DNA of 63,811 bases, counting the filler, from Chiloscyllium plagiosum (Eukaryota): assembly GCF_004010195.1 (NCBI RefSeq). It is 4 parts of one record of this genome, joined end to end, with 100 filler letters (N's around TTAATTAATTAA, not from the genome) between each part and the next. Parts side by side here need not be neighbours in the genome. Positions count along the whole stretch, not along the records: positions 26,206 to 50,584 come from NC_057713.1; 3 more parts are not named here. One strand, written 5' to 3'. Position 1 is the stretch's first letter. Every line of letters starts with the position of its first letter. Below, piece by piece: positions 28,669 through 42,269 of this stretch. Position numbers and translations under genes: made by a program. Under the pieces are notes generated by a model that searched no databases, was not told the origin of the DNA, and was given only the letters and a program-made list of their open reading frames with translations.

Positions 28669-28852
28669 CGCAGTGACTGCATTGAAATGCCTGTACGGAG
28701 AAGTCGAGAGATCTCAATGGAGTACGTTACACTGGCTATGGCCAGCCAGCTCAACTGAGGAAATTCTGATCCCCTGGTTATATTGACCCAGGTTAACAAG
28801 CCTAAACAAGAACCTCATAGTCAAGGAGGTCCACCTGGTCCCAATCACTACA
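28669..28852. mobile_element. Small decayed solo-LTR-like element
   Basis: Termini CGCAGTGA...TCACTACA resemble TGTAGTGA/TCACTACA inverted ends; a possibly related LTR-like fragment lies at about 49547-49665. Confidence 0.4.
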
Positions 28853-29691
28853 CTAGTCCAGTATATTTTATCCCAACACCATGTCATCTTGAGGTAGCTT
28901 TATGTATGGTCCTCTATCAAAAGGCTTTCCAAATCCAAATGTATTGATTTCTCTTTATCAGTTCTGTCTGTTGCCTCCTCAAAGAATCCTGCCTTATTAC
29001 ACATTACTTGATGCAAAATAGGCTGATACTTGGTTTGGATCCACAACACAATATTCCAATAAACCATCCACAATAGACTATGAATTCTTCCTCAGGACTA
29101 TCACTTGATTTTCATAATTTTCATGCAAAGTAAAGTCATGCTTTTGTTTACAGGCCATCATAATCGCCTAATTTTTTGTCTGAATATAGCTACTGCCCAG
29201 GGACTACTTCACCAGTATCTTCATTCCCTTGTTGTTTCTTACCTCCATCCATGTGGATTCTACATTCTTCTATTGTCAGACATTTCTTCCTTTTATATCT
29301 ATTCCATCTTGCACGAACAAAGTTACTCCTCAACCGTTTCCTGCTTGTCCTTTTGAAATGTCACACACTCCAAAAATGTCATTCTCAGCTTTGATCTCCT
29401 TGTAACTAATGATGACAAGATCATACTCATTAATCCCTACATGTGCCACTAATTCATTTATTTTGTTGCAAATATGATTTGTATTCAAGACAAGTCATGT
29501 TGACCATTTTTACCTGTTTGACCCTAATTACAAACTTTTAAAATGTTTGTACACTCGCCTCACACCCAAATATCTTCCCTGAAATGCCAATATATTCTTA
29601 TTGATTTGAAAGCCTTCCTTTTCCTCTTTCCTATTCTCCTTTCCATTTCTCTCTATTTAGTTTAACTCCAACTCTATAGACATAGATATTA

Positions 29692-30050
29692 AGACGACAT
29701 GGTGGCTCAGTGGTTAGCACTGCTGTCTCACAGTATCAGTGACCCGGGTTAGATTTCACCCTTGGATGACTATCTGTGTCAAGTTTGCACATTCTCCCCG
29801 TGTCTGCATGGATTTCCTTAATGTACTCCAGTTTCCTCCCACTGTCCAAAGATGTGCAGGTTAGGTGGATTGACCATGCTAAATTGCCCAATGTGTCCAG
29901 GGATGTGCAGGTTAGGTGAATTAACAATGGTAAATGCAGGTTTACAGGAATAGGGTAGAGGAGTGGATCTGGGTGGGATGTTCTTTGGAGGGTCGGTATG
30001 GACTTGATGGGCCGAATGGCTTGCACCAACACTCAAGCGAATCTATGATA
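29692..30050 (+). mobile_element. HE1-type SINE
   Basis: GGTGGCTCAGTGGTTAGCACTGCTGTCTCA head; internal gatgtgcaggttaggtg repeat. Confidence 0.8.
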
Positions 30051-30349
30051 TTATATTTGCTGGGATACTGGTCCCAGAACAGCTGAAGTGAAGCCTGACC
30101 CTTCAGCTTCTTTCTAGTCTTGTGCTCGTGACAGTGCCCCATTGACTGAAACCAATTCCACTCACTCCAATTTTTAAACAAAGGATTTAATACCTTGGCT
30201 TTATTCACTCTATGCTTGGCTCAGCTGGTTATCTCAAATTTATCACCTTGCAGCCTTTTAAGTTAGCTCCTAATTGTTCAAATTCTGTCAGTGTCTCCTT
30301 TCTTGTCCAATCAATGTTATTGGTAATAATGTGACCATCTCCAGCTGAA

Positions 30350-30930
30350 TATCATTGCAATGGAGAAGGAATACAGAGATTTACAGAACAGAGGGATCGG
30401 GAGTCTTGACAATCAATCACAAAATGGCAAGCATATAAATTTAATAGGTAACAGGGATGGCAAATGGAATGTCAACCTTTATTTCAAAGGGAATAGTACA
30501 TAAAAGTAAGATGACCCATAGCTAGAATACTGTGAACAGTTTTGGGCATATTATGGGAGGAAAGATAACAGATATTGGAGGCAAGGGACTACCTTATAAG
30601 AAGAGGTCAAATAGGTTGGGCCTGTACTCATTGGAATATCAAAGAATGAGAGGTGATCTTCTGGAAGCATACAAGATTCTTTGGGGACTTGACAGGACAG
30701 ATGTGGAAAAGTTCTTTCCCATTGCGGGAGAATCAAGGACCATTTTGTTTAGTACAGAGGGCTATGGAGGCTGGATCATATAGTTAAAGTTGAAATAGAC
30801 AGATTTTTAATCAGTAAGGGAATCAAGGGTGATGGTAAAAAGGCAGGAAAGTGGCCTTGAGTATTATCAGATCAGTTATCATCTCATTGAACAGGAGAAC
30901 TGAATGCCCACCTCCACTGCCAGGTCTTAT
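30350..30930 (+). mobile_element. CR1 3' remnant
   Basis: RLGLYSLEYQRMRGDLLEAYKIL in ORF 30532-30783. Confidence 0.8.
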
Positions 30931-31794
30931 TAATAATCACTTTTGACACAGAATTCTGTACATGCAGTGGCTAAGCTGAGCCAGAGAACTGCCAGCCATC
31001 TGATTAGCCAGCAGCTCTTGGAGTCAGGATTTCCTCCCAGATGGGAACATAATTTTTGCTCTGAACCAAATTGGAACCCAATGGCCATAAAAATGGCTCT
31101 GACGGACCTGGCCAAGCAGAAATGAAGATATCCCAAAACCCTGAGGGTGGCATGGGGTGGCGGAGGGGAGTGGCTGAGAGGTGGTGTTGGTAGAACATGT
31201 CCATCACCTCCACATAAAACTCAGCCCCATATATTGCTGATCAGTAATCCTACAGACAGCTGCAAGCATTCAATGGTGAATGCCATTCCTTCATAACTGA
31301 CTGTGGGGCAATGCCATTTTTGGATAGAAGGTCAGACTAATTGCTATTGAAGTGGTGCTTTGGTACACTGAATTTTCAATGAAGGAGAACAATTACAATT
31401 CTAAAAGTGAGGAGAAAGTTTTCACATGCTTTCATTGGCAGCACGTTAGAAACTGAGATACATTTTAAATAGCGGTTTGATTCAATTTCTGAAGTCATTT
31501 CTTCACATCGACCTGTAATGGATTTGGTAGTCCCATTCAAGCCACTGTCATTTAATCTTCAATGCAATTATTTGAAACAAATTATATTCTTAATTTTGAT
31601 TAATTTCGTTGTATTCCCAATAATGTAATTAAAGGTGACTGAAATTACCACAACCTAGCTAATTTTGAAAAACATCTTGACTCAGCTTTGAAACCATTAC
31701 AATAAATAAGGTGAACAATAAGTTGGGAATATGAAGCATGATGGTATGTCACAGATAAAGAATTAGACTCAATCTAGATTATATACCAGAATTG

Positions 31795-32698
31795 AAACGT
31801 GTGGTCCTGGAAAAGCACAGCTGTTCAAGCAGCATCTGAGGAGCAGGAGAGGTGGCGTTTTGAGCATAAGCTCTACATCAGGAATGAGGGGGTGGCCCAA
31901 AGGGGCTGGGAGATAAAAGGGAGGGGGATGAGGCTGTGGGGAAGGTAGTTGGGAATGCAATAGGTAGATGAAAGTGGCGGGTGATGGTGGTAGTTTGGAG
32001 AGGAGGGTGGAGTGGATAGGTGGGAATGGAGATGGACAGGTAGGGAAGTTCAAGAGGGTGGTGCTGATTTAAAGGGTTGGACCTGGGATAAGATGGGGGC
32101 AGGGGAAATGAGGAAACTGGTGAAATTAACATTGATCCCATGTGGTTGGAGGGTCCCAAGGTGGAAGATGAGGAGTTCTTCCTCCAGGCATCAGGGGGGC
32201 TAGAGTTTGGTGGTGGAGGAGGCCAAGGACTTGCATGTCATTGGTGGAGTTGGACGCCTTCGGAAGAACGTCTCATCTTCTGCCATCGGACTCTCCAACC
32301 ACACGGGATCAATGTAAATTTCACCAGTTTTATCATTTCCTCTGCTCCCACCTTATCTCAGATCCAACCTTCTAACTCAGCACCACCCTCTTGAACTGTG
32401 CTACTTGTCCATCTCCATTCCCACCAATCTCCTCCACTCTCCTCACTGACCTATTGCCATCACCCTCCCACCTTCATCTACCTTTTACATTCCCAGCTAC
32501 CTTTCCCTCAACCCCACACCTCTCAAATTTATCTCTCAGCCCCCTTGGGCACCCCTCCCTCTCCACATTCCTGATGAAGGGCTCATGCTCAAAACGTTGA
32601 CTCCCCTGCTCCTCAGATGCTGCCTAACCAGCTGTGTTTTTCCAGCACCATACCTTTTGACTCTGATCTCCAGCATCTGCAGTCCTCACTTTCTCTCT
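31795..32698. mobile_element. Fold-back PLE family A insertion
   Basis: 31795-32250 (minus) mirrored by 32250-32698 (plus); possible TSD GATTATAT at 31787-31794 and 32699-32706. Confidence 0.8.
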
Positions 32699-35353
32699 GA
32701 TTATATGCAATTCAACCACAGGTTTCCAAGCTGTAAATTATGTTCCTTTACTTACTAATGTTTGTACACAAGCCAGTTTGAGTACAAGATCAATACCAAT
32801 GAGGGTTTACAGTAATTTCCATTTCATTAATATACTTTAAATCAAGATGATTGGATGTTGTAAGTTTACAGATCCAAGCAAGGTGGGAACAATCCTGCCT
32901 GTTTGTGGCTGCATGGCAAATCCATCATTAATTAGTTTTACTTTTCACTTGCATTAGTAAATAGTGTCCCTATTTCTGAGCCACAAAGTTTGGATTCAAG
33001 TCCCACTTGCCCCAGAGGTGCATCAGCACATGTCAAAACAGGTTGATTTTTAAAAACAAAACATCAGTGAATAAAAGGATATACAATGAGTTTATTTATC
33101 TTCTGCAATTTTCTACATTCATTATGCCTTGAGGATTTTCTATTGAGTTTCTCCCATTTTTTGATAAACTCCGGGCCCACATTCTCTAGAGTTTCGAAAA
33201 ATGAGAAGTGATCTCAATGATCCATTCAAAGGGATAAAGAGGATCGATGAGACTAGAAATAAATATTTGGAACAGCGATAGCACACCAATTTACATAGAC
33301 AGAACCTCTGAGCATTGCCCAGTTTAGACTGAATTTAGGAAGCAGAGGGCTCAATTTAAAAATAAGAGGATGTCACATAGGTCCCAAATAAGAATAATAG
33401 CCATCATTAAAACTTGCAAGGAAATGATTCATTTTATAATTCTTCCTGGTTCTTAATGGAAAGAACAATAATTACAAAATCTTAACTCAACCTATATTTT
33501 CTCACATTTAGAGAAAAATAAGAAATTCTCATTGAAACAGAGAACATTCTTACAAAGCTCAACAGAGTGGAGCTAACTGGTGTGTGTAGCAAAGGCCATT
33601 GTCTCAGGGTAATAGGTAGGCCATCGAGGATTGAGATGAAGAGGAATTTTTTAATACAGAGGATGGTGACTCTTCGGAATTCTCTAGCCCAGTGGGATGT
33701 GGAAGCTCAGTCATTGACTATATTCAAGATAGTAATCATTAGGTTTCTCGATATTAAAAAATATGGATAGCGAAGGAAAATGATATTGATGTAGAAGAGC
33801 AAACATGATCTAGTTGACAAGGAGAACAGCCTTGATGAGCTGAATGGTCAACTCCTGCTTTGAGATCCTATCTTCCTCTGCTCCTAGAATGATCAAAGAA
33901 AATTAAAACTAATTCTTTTTTGTCAATTTGTATTTCAGGAATGGCATTGTGCAATCTCCACCATCAGAGGAAGCAATCTTTGTTTTGGGGCAATGAGAAG
34001 CTCAATCTAGGATCCACTGGTGTAGAGTTTAAGCTCTCTGAGTTAACCTTTTACAGAATGTAATTAATCTTCTGTGTTTCGATTATTGTTTGAAGCATTT
34101 CGCTGTCTCCTGCATGCTGATACATACCTGAAATTGTTAGACATTGATTATAAAATTAAAGGATAGCACATGCAATTTATCTTACTTATTCATTTCAACT
34201 TGCTGTATTGTTTTTAATTAGGTATTCATTTGATTCATTGCTAAAGGAGTTGATAAATTTGCATTGATTACACATATGGGAGGAAAAAACAATTATAGTG
34301 AAACCATGAGCTAATGAGCAGATTTAAGTGAGAGTAACTGTTAAAGAATTTTAAAACCTTGAGTAAGGTTGAGTAGCAAAATACAGATTATATTTTGCTA
34401 AATGACAGCAGAACAGTTGAAATATTATACAACACCAAAATTAATACTTGGAGGTTCACACAGGGCAAGCAACTGTTGAGAGGGATTCCGTAATTGGGTA
34501 AGTAGGTATAGAGGTTTACGTAAGGAGTAAAGTAAATTGTGTGGGTTTGTGTTTAATGAGGGCTAAGGTCAATGACAATAGAGAGATGGCAGACCATTTG
34601 TTAAGTGGAACTATTTGTCCAGATTGAGGCAATTAATTTGGATAATAGGTAACGCAAGGTTTCATAAGACACATAATTAAGAGCTTTAAGGATGAAAATG
34701 TAAATGCAATGTTATCCAAACTCCACTTCCATAATTTAAATACATTCAAAATTAAAATAAAATTAGGCAAACTTAAGAAGCTATAATTAAATGGAGCAGA
34801 GGTATCTCAGTAAAGGCTATAAGGTTGAGAAGATCACAGCAATAGCGTGGGGTGAGGACAGAGAAAGATTTGAAAATGAGTGTTCAACATTCAAACACAG
34901 AATGTTGCTTGATTGGTGCATTGTAGGTCAGAGGACAATAGTGACAGGCAAAGAGGAATTTTTGTGAATTACAATACAGGCAGGAGCATTTTAGATCAAT
35001 TGAAAGTCATCGAGGGTGATAGAGGAGAGCAGAATTAATTTATGATTGGAGGGGAATTTTGTGAAAGGTATTCAGTAACTGGAATGGATAGAAAGAAGAG
35101 AATAATGAAAGTTTTTCCTCTGGTGTTCCCAAGGATCTATATTTGGCCAATTCTCATTTGTATGTTGCTCCCTAGCAACATCCTCCTGCACTATCCCATC
35201 ACATGTTCAATGATCTAACCCAACTCAACCCATCACATTCTCTCTTGACTCCTTCATTGTTGCTGAGTTACAAAACAGATCACAGACTAAACTGAAGCCA
35301 TTGTTTCTGGGTCCCATTTCAAATTCCATGCCCTAGTTATCAATTCCATCCCA

Positions 35354-35564
35354 CTCCTTGAAAACTGCATGAGATTAATCCAGAATGTACCCAGCGTTGT
35401 CTCTAATTAGATCCCAAGATGAGCTTCTGACCACATATGAAACTTTATTGCTGGAACAGCACAGCAGGTCAGGCAGCATCTCCTTGAAAACTGCATGAGA
35501 TTAATCCAGAATGTACCCAGCGTTGTCTCTAATTAGATCCCAAGATGAGCTTCTGACCACATAT
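35354..35564. repeat. 85-bp perfect direct duplication flanking a 41-bp PLE pseudo-LTR fragment
   Basis: 35354-35438 equals 35480-35564; the spacer contains ttgctggaacagcacagcaggtcaggcagcat. Confidence 0.9.
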
Positions 35565-36094
35565 TCACTCCACAGTGAAGCTTGAATTCTTTTCAACTCT
35601 AGCATCACTTATTTTCCCCAACCTTCATGAATTTGGTGATCAAACCCCCATTCATGCCTTTGTTGTCTCTAGACTTGGCTATTTGCCATTCTTCTGGATT
35701 ATCACCCTCTATGACATTCAAATAATCTCAAATGTTCCTGCCTGTATTATAATTCACAAAACGTCCTCTTTGCCTGTCATCGTTGTTCTCTCTGACCTGC
35801 AATGGCAACCAATCAAGCAACATCCTGTGTTTGAAAGTTGAACTCTCATTTTCAAATCTTTCCCTGTCCTCACCACACTTTATCAACTTTACAGCCTTTG
35901 CTGAGATATCTCTGCTCCATTTAATTCTTGCTTGAAATCATGACTCATCTGATCATAGCCTCACTTCCTGTTTATCTATAAGGTTTGGCTCCCTTGCAGA
36001 TCTAAAATCTTTCTAACTCAGTCTTAAATATCTTCAATGACACAACCTCCACTGTTCTTTAGACTGGAGAATTGTAATAAAGATGGGTGACAAG

Positions 36095-36383
36095 ACAGTT
36101 AGCGCTGCTGCCTCATGGCGCTAGGGACTCGGTTCGATTCCAGCCTTGGGTGAGTGTTTGTGTGGAGTTTACACATTCTCCTTCTGTCTGTGTGGGTTTC
36201 CTTCCATAGTGCAAAGATGTGCAGGTTAGATGGATTGGCTGTACTAAATAGCCCCATAGTATCCAGGGTGGGTGGTCAATGTGGGATTATGGTAATAGAG
36301 TGGGGGTGAGCTGCTCCTCGTGGGTCAGTGCAGAATTGATAGGCTGAATAGCCTCTATTTGCAGTCTCGGGATTTTATGATTC
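36095..36383 (+). mobile_element. HE1-type SINE (5' truncated)
   Basis: gttagcgctgctgcctca...GGTTCGATTCC; gattttatgattct tail. Confidence 0.75.
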
Positions 36384-38089
36384 TGAGAGAAAAATCTAGA
36401 ACTAGAATGCATGACAACCCACCAGTTTGGCAAACAAACCAACAATAGCACTTATTAAAAAAAATCTCCCATTTAGAATGGGTGTGAGGAGGAATGCTTT
36501 CTATTAGAATTGTGTTTGTGTTTGAATGTTTTAAACCCAGCAAATGTATGTTCTTATTTCCTTGACACTTTTCCTCTAAGAATTGTGATTATTTTAAGTT
36601 CCTCCCTTCCTTTTGCATTTAGATTCCCTTCTCTTCTTGGGGTGCTGTAAGTGTTTCTTACCTTGAAGCCAAATGTTAAATATTGATTTTTTATGTCATT
36701 TCTTTGTTTCCTATAATTAATCCCCTATTCTTGTCCTCTGAGAAAACAATGCTTACTTTAGCTATGCCCTCCCTTTTTACATTTCACTACTTTATTCCAG
36801 TTTCTCACTCATTGTTACTTTGTTAGAGTCATAGATTAGTCACTTGTTCCTGAAGTTTTCCAAGCTTTTGAGAAGCTATTAATCTTCATAGCTTTGTACA
36901 ACTTTTCTTTTAATTTGTCACCATACTATGCTGCTCACCATGGAGTCTCCTTTATGTAGTAAGATGAAATGCAGACTGGGTGAATTTCTGCTGTAGCTTT
37001 TGCCCGAAATGTTGAATTTCCTGCTCCTTGGATGCTGTCTGACCTGCTTTTCCAGGACCACTCTAATCTTGGCTCTTTTGTGAAACAGCTCTACTCTGTG
37101 CATAGGAATGACCCTGATCTTCCAGTTGATTTACATCTCAATAAACCACCATGCTCCCACGCAAACACGATATATCTCCTTTACTGTCTGCAACTACTGT
37201 ATTAACTTATTCTTACAAGTCATTGCAGCCATCTCTGTCTTTACAATGGAGCAACTATGTACTTTGACAACAGGCTTGACTCTCTCTTATCTCATTTTGC
37301 GCTGTTTTCATAACCTATACAGATTCTGTTTCCATACATTGTGATGGCTGGCTTCAAGTTTTCAGGATGCATCAAAATGGTGTACCAAGACTAATTATAT
37401 CCAACACTCTGCACCTTTGATTTATTTGAGAACTTCAGCCACTTACCAAGGGTTCCTGGATGCAAAGAAACATCTCTGTAAATTCTGATGATGCTCAAAA
37501 ATATTCAGAAGAAAATGTCAAACCACACATGGTCCTTTCCCCTAAGTTCTCAAGCAGGATGAATTCCATCAATAGGTTGAGAAAATATCAGTCATTGTCT
37601 CCTGATTCAAACTAAATGTTTCCAACGTTAGCAATAGAATCTTTTTATTCATACTTTTTTGAGTAAGATTACTCTGCACCAAATTGTTCATTTTTCACAA
37701 CAAAGCTATTGATATCATTTTGTTATTCTTCTTATTGAATGTGACTGACTTAATTGTTGTTGGTTCTTCAGTGGGACTTTTGCATAAATACATAAGCAGA
37801 AACAGCATGATTTAATGAAATGAAAGAAATTAATTGCCACATCTCTAAAATATGTTGTTTGTGCTGTCACACATCTTATTATGTTCTCAATACTATGTAT
37901 TATTTTTGGTCATACAGCCAACGTCAGGTATATAATTGCATTGCTTCAGTTCATGTAAGTGGCATGCCTCGATATAACCTTAATAGGGGAAGCTGCAATT
38001 GTTGCTCAGCAGTATTTTCAAAGTTTTAAATACTTCTGCTCCTCGGATGCTTCCTGACCGGCTGTGCTTTTCCAGCACCACACTCTTTG

Positions 38090-39060
38090 ACTATGCCCTC
38101 ATCCAGGTCATTTATGAGAATGACAAACAGCAGTGGCCCCAAAACAGATCCTTGCAGTACACCACCAGTAACTGAACTCCAGGATGAACATTTCACATCA
38201 ACTACCACCCTCTGTCATCTTACAACTAGCTAATTTCTGATCCAAACTACTAAATCACCCTCAAACCCATGCCTAAGTATTTTCTGCAATAGCCTGCCAT
38301 GGGGAACTTTATGTAAAACTTTAATGAAATCCATATGCACCACATCAACTGCCTTATCCTCACCCACCTGTTTGATCACTTTCTCAAAGAACGCAATAAG
38401 GTTTGTGAGTCACAACCTGCCCTTCACAAAACCGTGTTGACTATCCCTAATCAAATTATTCCTTTCTAGATGATAATCTTTTCTAACATTTTATCCAAAA
38501 CCGATGTTAAGCTCACTGCCCTATAATTACCAGGGTTGTCTCTACTCTCCTTCAACAAGGGAACAACATTTGCTGTCCTCCAGTCTTTTGGCACTATTCC
38601 TGTATGCAATGTTGACATAAAAATCAAAGCCAAATTCTCTGCAGTCTTCTCTCTAGCTTCCCAGAGAATCCAAGAATAAGTCCCATCCATCAATCCCATC
38701 CTCTCTAATAGCCTGTATTTCAGTATTCCCCTCGACAACATTGTCATTTTCCTGTGTTAATACTGATGAAAAATATTCATTTAGTGCCTTTCCTATCTAT
38801 TCACACAACTTCCCACTACTGTCCTTGACTGGCCCTAATTTACTCTCGTCACTCTTTTATTTCTGACATGCCATTAGAAAGCTTTTGTGTTTTCCTGGAT
38901 CCTACCTGCCAAGGACATCTCGTATTCCCTCCTGGCTCTTCTTAGCACTCTCTTTAGGTCCTTTTTGATAACTTGTAACTCTTAAGTGCCCGAACTGAGC
39001 CTTAATGTCTCATCTTTACATGAGCCTCCTTCTTCTTCTTGACAAGAGATTCAATTTCTT
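38090..39060 (-). mobile_element. CR1 ORF2 remnant
   Basis: VPKDWRTANVVPL...PGNYRAVSLTSV and [23 protein letters not shown]. Confidence 0.88.
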
Positions 39061-40498
39061 GAAAGGCAAAACAAAACATCGACAGTTAGCTCTGATTCCA
39101 CAATTGAATAGTGCAGCATCAAATGCATTTCCTAGGGAAAAGATCATCCCCTTCTGATTTGGTCAGCTTTGAGCCAGCATTGGGGATAAACTCTTAATAG
39201 ACAAGCTGATGAAAGGTGATTGGGGTGGTTGTGAATGTAGATTAATCAGATCAGTCATGACCTTATTGATTGGCAAAACAGGCCTGAGGAATGAGTAGTT
39301 TATTTCTGCACTTGCTTTGTAAGTCTTTGCCATGCAAAAAAAGTTTTCTCACATTACATTTGCTTCTTTTGCAACCCATTTTAAACTGTGCCCTCTCTTT
39401 CTTGATCCTTTTAGAATGGGAACCATTTCTCGATCTTGTTGCTCTATCTAGGCCCTTGATGATTTTGAAACCTTCTATCAGGCCTTCTCTTCAGCTTCTA
39501 TTCTCTAAGCAGGTTGTCCCACTTTATGGGAGGTAAGATTGGATATGAATGGCATGCAAATGCATGAAAATAGGCTCTCGGTTCTCATCTTGTCATTTAA
39601 AACTTGGTTGTGGAATCTGACAGTGTTTTCCTAATGTTGAGAATTTTATTTTTCTGATTTCACCATGTTGTCCCAACTGACTGACCTTGTCTATGTTGTT
39701 CAATGGCTGCAAAAATTCATCCCATTAACTCTGGTCCCTTTTGCAGAGATATTCCCAGAGCAATTGAGCATTTCCAGCACTTTCTGTTTTCTATTTCCTA
39801 TTTCCAGCAAGTGCCGCATGTTGCTTCCATTTAAGAATAGAATAATAATCTTTTTGATATAAATAGTGAGTATGATATGTCACTGTAGGATGGTGAGTTA
39901 CCTTGTTAGTGAGTCACCTGCGTAGTTCATTGATGATATTTTCTATTTCGGCATCTGTCAGAAGAAATTTGCATCTGAAAAGAAGAGGCCAAAATGAAGT
40001 TCAAGGAGGAAAAATAAATGCAAACATTCATCAAACTACCCAAGTGTCATCTATCACTGAATAAATTGTCTGACGTGAAGTTGAATCACGAAGTACGTGT
40101 TCCCTGTTGAGTGACACATTAGCTGATCTCAATGGTACAGGCACTGCAATCAGCCCCAAGGACGAGAAAACAAAATCAGTGAGATTCCAGCTCCTGATTA
40201 CCATTTAGTCATCCACAACACAATTGTGACAGCGTATCCGAAGTAGATCAATAGCAGTAATATGCCTTTGTGTGGCCCAAGATTATGAAAGGCTCTACAA
40301 AAATGGAAGTTGTGTTTAACTTTTTCTTTCTCTTTATTGAGTGCATGAGCATGGGCACCAAATAAGGACAGGATAAGATACAGTTCAACATGAAAGGTGC
40401 AGTCACCTCGTGGTTAGCTTATTAAACTGCAATTTTATCAATGTTAAATTCCATGGAAAATCATGAAATAGAATTCAGTCACTCTTGGAATTTATATT

Positions 40499-40950
40499 AG
40501 TGGCAGCATAGTGGCTCAGTGGCTAGCACAGTTGCCTCATAGCGCCAGGGTTGGATTCCAGCCTCAGGTGACTGTCTGTGTGCAATTTGCACAATCTCCC
40601 GTGTCTGCGTGAGTTTCTTCCGGGTGCTCTGGTTTCCTCGCACAATCTGCGGCACCGCGAGTGGGCCGTGTCTCTGCACGGGCCGGAGCCCAGCATGTAA
40701 CGGGCGACGTGCGTGATTGTGGATTGAAAGCCAATATCCTGGCCTCACTTGAGCTGCAGCTTTCTGACAAGGCTTGCTCTGTGAATATTAGGTGAATTGG
40801 CCGGGTTAAATTGACCACAGTATTCATGGAAATGTAAGTTAGGGGCATTAGTCAGGGGTAGGGAAATGGGTCTGGGTGGGTTACTCTTCGGAGGGTCAGT
40901 GTGGACTTGTTAGGCTGAAGATCCTGTTTCCACATTGTAGTGATTCTATG
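40499..40950 (+). mobile_element. HE1-type SINE with an internal CpG-rich insert
   Basis: SINE head and tail intact; 40648-40787 is absent from the other copies in the window. Confidence 0.75.
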
Positions 40951-41878
40951 AATTGCTAAGACAAGGCTACACATTGTTTCAATCAAGAATCTCTTCTCAT
41001 TAGGCTACTCGGTGGTGTTTCTCTCCACATGACATCAAGACCCTGTAGATGCCGGTCAGGGAACAGATGAAAGAAGGAAAGATGGGCAGTAAATCACGAG
41101 CTCATACAACACGATTAACAGTGGTAAGGGGATTCATCTGACAACATGATGGCTCATCTTTATTTTTCAATATTTATCCTGGAATGAGAGCATCGCTGGC
41201 TCGGTCAACATTTATTTCTCCATTCCTAATTACCCAGAAGGCAGTTAAGAGTTAACCACATTGCTGTTGGTCTGGAGTCACATGTAGGCCAGGCCAAGTA
41301 AGGATGGCAGTTTCCTGCTGAAAGGATATTTACTAAATCAGATGGGATTTTCCCAACAATTGACAATGAATTCACAGTCATCATTATACTGTTAATTCCA
41401 TATTCTTATTGAGTTCAAATTCAATCAACTACCATGGTGAGATTCAGACTCTGGTCCATAGAATATTACCTGACTCTCTGGAATAACAGTCCAGTGATAA
41501 TCACACCAGGTTATCACCTCCCCATCTGAAGCAATGTAAATGTGAAACATCGTGGCGCTGGGATAACATAGTAATGAGATAATTTATCCATCCAAGTGCA
41601 GCATTCACCTCATTACAGAACTTGGAGCTTGGGTGCAAATTAACTGGGTGCTTCAATTTGGATCTTGACATCTGGTATCTCCCCATGTTTACCACCAGTT
41701 TTCGTATTTCAGGAATGCCGTTTGCTTCATGGTGGACTTCCAATTTGCAACTCTAGTTGCAACTTATCCTTCTGGACAAAGTCAGTTAATTCAAACCTCA
41801 TCCTGCACAGGATTGAGTTTTGTGCAGGCACCCCTCTGATCTCCAGCATTTACAGCCCTCACTTTCTCCTGTTAAATG

Positions 41879-42269
41879 TGTCTGATGCCTCCAGATAAGT
41901 CTTCTTCATTCAGCTTGCAGATCTCTTCCTCCTGTCTGCTGTAAACAGGACATCCTGCCTTCATCCTACAGTCTGCAGGAGTACCTTCAAGGCGGTGTCA
42001 CTGACTCAGTGATTAATCGTCATGTCCTTTAAATGAAGTCATTCCTCCACTGCATCCACTAATATGGAGTTGTCTTCTTTTGTGTCTTAAACCTGCCTGA
42101 GTACTGTCTAAAGGACACCTCACAGTTTGCGGCCAGCACGAGAACCCAGCCACTACTCTTAACCTACTGACTCTACTATCTGATAATTTGTAATTGGCTC
42201 TTGCATGTAAACATGACTGAGGTGGTCCCTCCAAATTCAGGTGCATGAACCAACTCAAAAATCACGCCC
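41879..42269 (-). mobile_element. Decayed Harbinger-type element with Myb/SANT-like coding fragment
   Basis: 42005 to 41879 translates VSDTALKVLLQTVG*RQDVLFTADRRKRSAS*MKKTYLEASD, resembling Myb_DNA-bind_5/MSANTD helices 1-2; possible terminus GGGCGTGATTTTT at 42269. Confidence 0.55.

Noticed and set aside
36650..36720. Exon-like segment KQRNDIKNQYLTFGFK (minus)
   Set aside because: Lies in a decayed CR1 ORF2 remnant.
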